From Nitrospira sp. (GTDB taxonomy: Bacteria > Nitrospirota > Nitrospiria > Nitrospirales > Nitrospiraceae), in NCBI GenBank assembly GCA_018242685.1, contig JAFEBM010000013.1:30007-94006 (forward strand): a stretch of DNA of 64,000 nt, in the 5' to 3' direction. A model generated the notes under the pieces. The model was not told the origin of the DNA and ran no database searches. It saw only the letters and a list, made by a program, of their open reading frames with translations. This document shows, in pieces, positions 1 to 8,100 of the stretch (its first letter is position 1; each line of letters starts with the position of its first letter). The translations under genes were made by a program, and so were the position numbers.

Positions 1-644
1 GTTGAAGAGGTCTTTCCCGCGCTCGTCGTCTCGTCCTCCTTACGTCCGGAGGCCACCACCGTCCAGCCTTGCGGAATCTGGGCAGTTACTCGATACGTGC
101 TAAAGGAGCCGATGACATCAGGGTACCATTGGCTCTCTCCGCTCAAGTACACACCTTCCATACCGATATATCCCGCTGTCTCACTGGGTGTCACAAATCT
201 CAAGTGGCGCGGCTCTCTCGGAGGGTCATTGATCTGGCCACGATAACTCATGACCAACGTCACCCTGCGTCCATGCTTTTTTGGAAGAGAGACAACGATG
301 TGCTGAAGCGTGGTCTCGGAAGAATACACGCTTGTGAATGTGACCAATTCGTCCTGATCTCCTCGTCCACCCGAGACCGAGTGCGTTCGCATGGCGATGG
401 ACTCGACATGCAGGGTAGGTGCAAGCGTGAACGTGACCGACGCGACCAGTGGATCAACCTCCAGTTCGATCTGATCGCTCGCCACCAGCTCATGGGCAGC
501 GGGGATCAGCTCGGTTGAGAGGGTGTGATGAATGTTTGTGAGATTCTCCTGGGCAGACGAGGCCGAAACGCCAGACGCGTGCATTGTGGAGATCGACAGC
601 AGACCGATCAGACAAGAGCGAAGAGGATGTTTCCTGATGGACAT
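1..644 (-). CDS. Secreted protein, N-terminal part (gene runs off the left edge); possibly M1-family metallopeptidase N-domain
   Basis: Absent from the ORF track because no stop lies in the window. My translation of the minus strand from ATG 644-642 is stop-free for 214 codons: MSIRKHPLRSCLIGLLSISTMHASGVSASSAQENLTNIHHTLSTELIPAAHELVASDQIELEV...LSGESQWYPDV. The N-terminus looks like a signal peptide. It starts 12 nt after the stop of the upstream same-strand gene. The family guess is motif resemblance only. Confidence 0.5.
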   Translation of the reverse strand, partial: MSIRKHPLRSCLIGLLSISTMHASGVSASSAQENLTNIHHTLSTELIPAAHELVASDQIELEVDPLVASVTFTLAPTLHVESIAMRTHSVSGGRGDQDELVTFTSVYSSETTLQHIVVSLPKKHGRRVTLVMSYRGQINDPPREPRHLRFVTPSETAGYIGMEGVYLSGESQWYPDVIGSFSTYRVTAQIPQGWTVVASGRKEDETTSAGKTSS

Positions 645-655
645 CAGAAAGCGTT

Positions 656-1441
656 TTAACACTCGCGGCAGACGAGTACAAGCTGGATCGCGGTCAAGAG
701 GTAGTCAAGATCGACCGGTTTTATAAGGATCTCCTGAGGGCCTAGACTCCAAGCTTCTTGAAGCAACTCCTCATTGTGACTTCCGGTCATGATCATGATA
801 CCACCCGAATAACCCCTGTCACGCAGGGCGCGAAGAACTTCGATCCCCGGCATTCCGGGCATGATCAGGTCGAGCACGATCGCATCTGGCGACACATCTT
901 CGACTAGCCGCAGAGCCTCCTGGCCATCTGTGACGCCAAACGCCCGATAACCGCGCAGACTGAGAAAACGAACCAAGAGGTCGCACAGAAGAGGTTCGTC
1001 GTCGACCACCAAGACCGATTCATCGATCTGCTCGAGCACATTACTACTGCCTAGGGATGGCGGCGCGGTCGTCAACGGCGCAGGTAGTTTTGAAAGCCGA
1101 GTAACGGCTTCGACAAGGACGTCCAGTGACAATCCTTTTCTGATAAAATCCGTGGCTCGTAGAGCGCGGGCCTGATTCTCTTGAATTTCAGTTGCTCCTC
1201 CGCCCAGGATAATCACCGGCGCATGTGGATCGATGGCCCGGATTTCCTTTAAGACAGTCAATCCGTCCATCTCCGGCATACGAAGGTCGAGCAGGGTGAC
1301 TCGGGGATTGTGTGTACGGAATAGATCAAGACCTTCTCGTCCACTAGTCGTTGAAATGACATGACACCCTTGCCTGGTAAATACACTCTGCAAGAGATCG
1401 CAATTCATCTGATCATCGTCCACGATCAAGACTTTGATCAT
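656..1441 (-). CDS. Response regulator with two tandem receiver (REC) domains and no output domain
   Basis: ORF 656..1519; the ATG at 1441 gives MIKVLIVDDD. REC1 motifs: VDDD, LLDLRMPEMDG, FIRKG. REC2 motifs: VVDDE, VLDLIMPGMPG, IMMTG, LIKP. Confidence 0.85.
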   Translation of the reverse strand: MIKVLIVDDDQMNCDLLQSVFTRQGCHVISTTSGREGLDLFRTHNPRVTLLDLRMPEMDGLTVLKEIRAIDPHAPVIILGGGATEIQENQARALRATDFIRKGLSLDVLVEAVTRLSKLPAPLTTAPPSLGSSNVLEQIDESVLVVDDEPLLCDLLVRFLSLRGYRAFGVTDGQEALRLVEDVSPDAIVLDLIMPGMPGIEVLRALRDRGYSGGIMIMTGSHNEELLQEAWSLGPQEILIKPVDLDYLLTAIQLVLVCREC

Positions 1442-1527
1442 CGCTGTCGATCCTTCCTCAGCCTGAAAACGGTACCTGGGAAAAAGAATAACACGCGAGC
1501 GTGAATAATGAGAAGACAATGCGTGGT

Positions 1528-2469
1528 TTATGAGTAGGAAGTCGGCTGTCCGAACAAAGCCGCGACAAACGCCTCGGCATTGAAATCCTGGAGGTCATCG
1601 GCTCCTTCGCCCACACCGATTAGGCGCAAGGGAAGCTTCAGTTCCTCGGCAATCGCGACGACGATACCCCCGCGTGCAGTCCCATCAAGCTTCGTCAGAG
1701 CAAGACCAGTGACCCCAACTGCTTCATGAAATTGGCGGGCCTGAGCCAGGGCGTTCTGTCCGACCGTGGCATCCAGGACCAACAACACTTCATGTGGCGC
1801 ACCGGGCAACTCCTGAGCGATCACCCGTTTGACCTTCCGCAGCTCCTCCATCAGATTGGACTTCGTGTGCAAACGACCGGCCGTATCAACTAGGACCATA
1901 TCTACCATTCTGGCTTGGGCTGCAACGACACCGTCGAAGGCCACGGCAGCCGGATCGGCACCGTGTCGATGACGAATGACCTCCGCTCCGACCCGATCCC
2001 CCCAAACTTGAAGCTGATCAATGGCGGCTGCACGAAAGGTGTCTCCTGCGACAAGGAGCGGTCGTCGCCCGGCCTGCGTCATCCGCTGTGCAATCTTGGC
2101 GATGGTGGTCGTTTTTCCTACGCCGTTAACTCCGACGACAAGGGTAATGAACGGTTTGGGGCTTTCAGCGACCAGCTGATCGATTGAGGGACCTGCTACG
2201 GTTTTCAGAATGCTATACAGCGACCGACTTAATACATTCTGAAGTCCTTCTGAAGTTTTCGCGTCTGCGCCGCGCGTCTCTTCTCGAACTCGCTGCATCA
2301 AACGGTCGACGACGCAGGCACCAAGATCAGCGGAGAGCAGCGCCCCCTCTAGATCTTCAAGAAGTTCTTCGTCCGGAACACGTCCTAGGAATCGATCCAG
2401 CGATTGCTGCACGACATTGCGTGTTCTGCCGAGCCCTTCGCTCAGTCGTTGAAACCATCCCATCGTCAA
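1528..2469 (-). CDS. ftsY: Signal recognition particle receptor FtsY (NG domain only)
   Basis: SRP-GTPase motifs GVNGVGKTTTIAKIA, DTAGRLH, LTKLDGTARGG. 313 aa with a short N-terminus. Confidence 0.93.
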   Translation of the reverse strand: MTMGWFQRLSEGLGRTRNVVQQSLDRFLGRVPDEELLEDLEGALLSADLGACVVDRLMQRVREETRGADAKTSEGLQNVLSRSLYSILKTVAGPSIDQLVAESPKPFITLVVGVNGVGKTTTIAKIAQRMTQAGRRPLLVAGDTFRAAAIDQLQVWGDRVGAEVIRHRHGADPAAVAFDGVVAAQARMVDMVLVDTAGRLHTKSNLMEELRKVKRVIAQELPGAPHEVLLVLDATVGQNALAQARQFHEAVGVTGLALTKLDGTARGGIVVAIAEELKLPLRLIGVGEGADDLQDFNAEAFVAALFGQPTSYS

Positions 2470-2963
2470 CGACCTCTTGTTTCTCGTCCAGCACGAAACG
2501 TGACCATGCGAGGCACAGGAGAAATCAGATTAAACAAGACCCTTTCACGACGCGACATTCGCGCCTCCTCTCGTGGATTACGCTCATGATCGTATCCGCA
2601 TAAATGGAGCACCCCGTGCACCAACAACATGGCCAGTTCATCGTCGATCGATCGTCCAGCTCTCTTTGCTTGGCGAACGGCGGTGGGTAACGAAATCACG
2701 ACATCACCAAGCATCTGGGTTACAGAACGCACGCCTCGCGGCATAACGGCCTCACGGATGGGGAACGCCAGCACATCAGTAGGTCGATCCTTCTTGCGGT
2801 ACTCACGGTTGAGTCGTCGCATACGTCTGTCTCCAGTCAGTTCTAGGCTCAGCTCCGATCGAGATTCTCCGACTGCAGATAAGACACGTTCCGCTAGACG
2901 GGCCAGTGTGGTTTGTCGGACGACCAACCGCGTGAGACGCACGCGAAGAAAGACAGCCATCAA
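2466..2963 (-). CDS. ybeY: Endoribonuclease YbeY (rRNA maturation)
   Basis: Zinc motif HGVLHLCGYDH. 4-nt overlaps with both the phoH-like and ftsY ORFs. Confidence 0.9.
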   Translation of the reverse strand: MMAVFLRVRLTRLVVRQTTLARLAERVLSAVGESRSELSLELTGDRRMRRLNREYRKKDRPTDVLAFPIREAVMPRGVRSVTQMLGDVVISLPTAVRQAKRAGRSIDDELAMLLVHGVLHLCGYDHERNPREEARMSRRERVLFNLISPVPRMVTFRAGRETRGR

Positions 2964-4027
2964 TGAGAACTACTGGATAGATCGTGCGACGACGAGCGGA
3001 CCGCTGGCGACTTGCGAGGATTGGGAGATGGGCGCTGGTGAGACGCGACCTGCCCTCGAGCATGCCGAGACTCCCCGCCGTTTATCGGCTGATGACGATC
3101 ATAGGCTTTGATAATGTCTTGAACCAGTCGATGTCGGACTACATCCTTTTCATCGAAGTACACGAACCTAATCCCCTCAACGTCTCGGAGAATTTCTTTC
3201 ACCTGAATGAGGCCGGACACTCGATCGCTCGGTAAATCGACTTGCGTGATGTCGCCGGTGACGACGACCTTTGAATGGAACCCCAGCCGGGTGAGAAACA
3301 TCTTCATCTGCTCTGCCGTGGCATTCTGCGCTTCATCTAAAATGACAAAGGAGTCGTTGAGCGTTCTTCCGCGCATAAAAGCCAGGGGTGCAATTTCAAT
3401 ATCTCCCCGCTCGATCAAGCGATTCGCTCGTTCCATGTCCATCATATCAAACAGCGCGTCGTAGAGCGGCCGCAGATAGGGATTCACTTTCTCGTATATG
3501 TCGCCGGGCAGGAAACCAAGTTTCTCCCCTGCCTCAACCGCGGGCCGAGCAAGAATGATCCGGCTTACCTCTTTGTTCATCAACGCACTGACGGCCATTG
3601 CCATGGCTAGATAGGTTTTCCCCGTTCCAGCCGGTCCGATGGCGATGACAATGTCGTGCTGCTCAATCGCTTCAATGTAAGCCTTCTGTGTAGGTGACTT
3701 GGGGCCGACAAACCGTTTTTTCGTGACAATCATTGCCGACTGACCGAGGACATCCTTGAGTGAAGCGTCGGGAGTTCGACGCAATGCGCTGAGCGCATTA
3801 GTTACATCTTCAGCTTGGAGTGATATCCCTTGGTTGGTCAGAGAAGCAAGTTCGACGAGAATGCGTTCCGCTTGACGAACAGCCTCGGGAAGACCGTCCA
3901 GTGTCAGTTCCTCCCCACGGGCAGAGAGTCGGACACCCAACTCATCTTCGATCAACTTGAGATGCCGGTCATGGTGACCGAACAGAATGGCAGTATTGGT
4001 ACCTTCTCGTAATTTGAGTTTACGCAC
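2960..4027 (-). CDS. phoH: PhoH-family ATPase
   Basis: Walker A GPAGTGKTYLAMA and Walker B region FVILDEAQNAT. GTG start at 4027. Conserved phoH-ybeY order. Confidence 0.9.
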   Translation of the reverse strand: MRKLKLREGTNTAILFGHHDRHLKLIEDELGVRLSARGEELTLDGLPEAVRQAERILVELASLTNQGISLQAEDVTNALSALRRTPDASLKDVLGQSAMIVTKKRFVGPKSPTQKAYIEAIEQHDIVIAIGPAGTGKTYLAMAMAVSALMNKEVSRIILARPAVEAGEKLGFLPGDIYEKVNPYLRPLYDALFDMMDMERANRLIERGDIEIAPLAFMRGRTLNDSFVILDEAQNATAEQMKMFLTRLGFHSKVVVTGDITQVDLPSDRVSGLIQVKEILRDVEGIRFVYFDEKDVVRHRLVQDIIKAYDRHQPINGGESRHARGQVASHQRPSPNPRKSPAVRSSSHDLSSSSH

Positions 4028-4121
4028 GAGCTTCGGGTGGTCTCCCTCCTATCGTGTAGTGCTCATATTGTACCAGACAAGAAAAAGCAGAGACAAGCGG
4101 ATACAACATTCCGAGGAGATT

Positions 4122-5081
4122 TCAGGTTCTTGAAGGCTCAGTGAGACCTGTGTTTGTTAAACTGAGGTTAAATTCCTGTGTAGCCATGCCACCGTGCCCA
4201 TCCTTTGCCACTACTTTGACATGGAAGGTTCCCGCTTGATTGGATGGAATCTGCCATGCAATGTGTCCTGACTCCGGATTAATTCTCATACCCGGCGGAG
4301 CGGCTTCCAACTGGTAGGTCAACTGGTCGCCGTCGGGGTCCGTCGCCTTCACAGGATAGTCAAATCGGTCTTCAGCGGCAGACGCAGGAGGTGTCGACAC
4401 GATCTTCGGAGCACTGTTCCCTAAGACGAAGGGCTCAGATTTCAATGAATTACCGGCAATGGAAGGATCATTGGCCGTAACCTCAACCATGATCTTATCC
4501 TGAGTGGAAAATCCCGTCGTATCGAGAAACGACTGATCTCCTTCTTTAATGACCTCGTTATTGCGAAACCACTTGTAGGTCAGATCGATGCGATCATGAT
4601 CGGGGTCACTCGCTTTAACTTGAGCCTCAAGCTTATCCCCAGTTCGAGCAGTCTGTGGGGTCAGTAAAACAGCCACCACCTTCGGGGAAGTATTCCCAAC
4701 CTCGACGCTTTTCGTTCGATATGGGTGACCCTTATTAACACCGTCTGAGGGGATAATTTCCACAAAAACTGACTGCCCACGTCTTAACATTTCAGCTGGC
4801 AAGGTAGCATGAGTTTGTCCAGCAAGGGCGGTGTTATCCGCATACCATCGATACAAGAATGACACCGCCTCTCGCTCAGGATCCTGTGCATCGACCTGAA
4901 CATCTACAGGCCCGGTCAGCTGGATAGGATCGTTAAGGATCTTCGCAGAAGTAATGGTTGGAGGCTGGTTGTCCTTGGCCGGAGCGGAGCTATTGGTTGT
5001 ACCGGGAGAAGATCCCGTACAGGAGATATTAGCGCTAAGTGCACAAACTCCAAGAGCGAAGAACCAGGATCGGGCTACCAT
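4122..5081 (-). CDS. Secreted or lipoprotein-like repeat protein (two ~93-aa tandem modules plus a cadherin/He_PIG-like Ig domain), last gene of the pilY1 operon
   Basis: ORF 4122..5129 begins with TTG; ATG at 5081 gives MVARSWFFALGVCALSANISCTG (signal peptide with Cys). The internal modules share DP-x-x-[DE]-x-[VI]-x-[FL]-x-Y-[RK]-W-[YF]-x-x-N ... GN[TS][SA]P. The C-terminal DYPVKATDPDGDQLTYQL...PPGMRINPESGHIAW resembles putative Ig / cadherin-like domains. Confidence 0.7.
   Translation of the reverse strand: MVARSWFFALGVCALSANISCTGSSPGTTNSSAPAKDNQPPTITSAKILNDPIQLTGPVDVQVDAQDPEREAVSFLYRWYADNTALAGQTHATLPAEMLRRGQSVFVEIIPSDGVNKGHPYRTKSVEVGNTSPKVVAVLLTPQTARTGDKLEAQVKASDPDHDRIDLTYKWFRNNEVIKEGDQSFLDTTGFSTQDKIMVEVTANDPSIAGNSLKSEPFVLGNSAPKIVSTPPASAAEDRFDYPVKATDPDGDQLTYQLEAAPPGMRINPESGHIAWQIPSNQAGTFHVKVVAKDGHGGMATQEFNLSLTNTGLTEPSRT
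4410..4964 (-). repeat. Two tandem ~93-codon protein-domain repeats inside the 4122..5081 gene
   Basis: Module A is aa 56-148 of the ORF (4686..4964) and module B is aa 149-240 (4410..4685). Each runs P-x-[IV]...DP..[DE]...Y[RK]W[YF]..N...V.VE[IV]...GN[TS][SA]. Confidence 0.65.
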
Positions 5082-5187
5082 TGGAAGCAACCTGCGTACG
5101 TTCTTCACTAGGATCACAATTGTTCCCAATCATTGATTCAGATCATGACGCGGACAATGCGCGCCATGATCTGATGAAGTCTGGCAC

Positions 5188-8100
5188 TCAGTCGCGTTGA
5201 TGCACCCAACTGACAAACCTGCTGTAATAGTCACCTGCGCTAGTACAGGGCTTGGAAGCAGCGCCGGTGCTCATTTGAATTGCTCCTGTCATCCCACCAC
5301 TACAGCCACCTCCTCCACTTCCTAGTCCTTGTGAGCCGGATCCCTGAGATCCAATCTGAACAGACATTGCAGAGGCCAAACCGATTCCCAGGCTGACCTT
5401 CGTTGAGATGTTGACGTTGCCGCCGACAGCTGTCGCACCAATGACCGGTGCCATTGCCGCAGTCCCAGTCTTATAAAACAACGCATAAAGATAGCTAATG
5501 CCGTTCGGAGAACAGAAATCATTGGTCGGTACAAATGTCGGAAAGAACACGGTGCCGCCGATCAATGTAGGATTCACAACTGACCGTTCAGCTGCATTGA
5601 TTCCCGAGCTTGTTGGAAGAGCCACATGCCAACCGGCTTTGCTTGCGACAAGGCCGATCATGGACGTCGTCCCTGTTCCATTAAATGTGGTGACTCCTGT
5701 ATTAGCTGGATCGGTCACTTGATTGGTCCCACTGCTACACACCAGACAAACAATGGCGTTCGTGGTGTCCACCAGATCATCATCATGACAACTGGTCATA
5801 CTCGTCTGTGTACATGAGCCGCTGAGTACAGAATCTTTGATTCCGTAGAGATGTTGCTGACTGTTGTCGACCTTGTCGGTGTTTGCCAAATAGCGCCCCG
5901 TACCGAAGAATACCCATACCTTATCGCTATCATCGATTGTGGCCGTTGGAGCAGCGGTGATCGGCCCCACTTCAACAGTGGTACCGGCGACAGCATCGTA
6001 AAATGTATCGATGATCTCCGTCGGCGATCGACTACCCCCGTCAATGATTCCCCAGGTATTAGGACTGCAGGGGGCCGTCGCACAACCGTCAGTAGTCAGG
6101 CGATACATTTTCCCTCGCCAGGGAAGCGTATCATCATGAATCGTGCGTCCCATATAGGCCGCGTCAACCCGATAATCGAGGTCCTTGTCGACTGTGATGA
6201 TATGCCCCACGAATGATCGCCAGGTTCCTACGGACATAGCGGTGACATTCGTGTTAGCCGTGCCTGGCCCCGCAGCGAGATCGACTATATAGAGCTTGGA
6301 AGTTTGAGGTTGGCCTGGAAGCGGAGGTATCGGTAGATCTGCTTGATAGCCATTCGGTCCGGATCCAAAAATTGCGAACCACTTTTCATTTGTCTTATCC
6401 GTTGATGGCTTATCCATCGGGTTAACTCGTGCAACGGCAGGATAAGAAGTTGTGAGACCAAGGCCGCTGTCCGTAAACACCCACAATAGTTTGGGGTCGA
6501 CTTCGGGATTGGTGATGTCGAGTACAAAGTAGGCGCTATAGAATGTCCTCGGCACTCCGCCGATGGTTGCCGTCATGGGCGAGGCTCCTGCACCAGCCAT
6601 GCAGTTACCGCAGCTCCCGCCCATTCGAAATCCACCGATCAGAATCGTCCCCCAACCATCAGGATGATCCGCGTCAGGCGCAAAGATCCGAACATCCGAT
6701 ACCTTCGGCTTCAGGTCTACGTAATACACATGGGCATAGTCGGGACGAGCCAGCCACTGCAACTGCGGCAAGAGCTCTTGCGGGATCATCGCCCACAACT
6801 CGCCTCCTAGTTTGGAACCGCTCGAATTATCGGTCGGATTCCTTGTAAACCACCCGTGCTCGATCACGCTGCTTGTCGTAGGGTCGTCGCCCTTGTGGTA
6901 GTAACCGGCATTGAACGCATGGAGCATTCCATCGTTCGCTCCCACATAGGCTACTTGGCGCCGATTCCGGTACTGCCGGTAGAACGTGTTGTACGTTGGA
7001 TCGCCATAGATTAAATCGTACCGTTCCCTCGGCGCGCCGACGATGGTCGGTGTCGAGTGAATGGGATCGCCCAGTTTCCAAACGCTATAGGTTCCACTGC
7101 CGACCGGGACTTCCAGCATGCGCGTCCGAAGTCCCGTCACCTCATCGCCACGTATAAAATTGATGAGATTCATGGCGTTGCTGCTGCCACCACAAGTATC
7201 TCCCGCATAACGCAGGTAGTCCTTGAGAGTCATACAGTTTGCCGTGCTGAACTCGATTTGCTCGCTCGGATCGACAATTCCATCATTATTGCCGTCTACC
7301 CATGTGAGAATCCTGCGAGAAGCGGAACTCATGAGCGCAAGCTCCTTGCCGGCTTCCCAGATGGGTATGATGGATTTGAGATCAGCCCCTTGGATGGTCG
7401 GCGTCGTGCTGTCGGCGACTCCGTCACCGTTGATATCTTCGTACTTGTCTACCAGCACTTTCTGATAGGTCGGGCTGGCCTGATTATCGTCATACCGAGT
7501 AGTCACGATGCGATCCTGTGTATAGTCCAGCACACCGTCTTTCACAGTATCCTCCCGGAAATTTCCGAAGGCATCAATGAAGAGCGCGTGCGTGTAACCG
7601 CTCCATTTCACGTCGGCCCCGCTCTTTCCGATTTCATTGGTAAAAAAGTACGCTTGATAGATCGCCCCCTCTCCACTCGCAGATGTTGCCAACACCGAGA
7701 TCGAGGTGCCGGATGACGACTTGGCCAAGATCTGATCAATCACCGCACTCAACCGTTCCTGCATAAAATCCACATCCGATGATTCGAAGAACGTGTCCGG
7801 CACATTGTCCCGCCCGGGAGCGCCGGTGAGGTTGATTATTGCATCATACTCGCAGGGTTTCGACAGATCGACTTCGTCGCAGGGTGATGGAACACCTAAA
7901 CCATTATCCGGAATCCCATTGCCGTTCTTGTCTTCAAATCCCCCCTGGCGGGCCGTTTGCATAAGGAATTCCCTATTGAGCATCTGTGAGAAAGCAAAGA
8001 ATGTATACGTCGTAATGTTCTGGAGACCCGGCAGATCCCGCCCACCGGACCATACGGTATTGACCGTCCCGCTTCCTGGAACTTGAGCCGTCACAGTTGG

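Noticed and set aside
69-518. 149-aa plus-strand ORF at the left edge
   Set aside because: It is antisense to a 214-codon stop-free minus-strand frame that has a signal peptide and a sensible operon position. Its own sequence is Arg/Cys/His-rich and lacks an RBS, so it is probably a shadow ORF.
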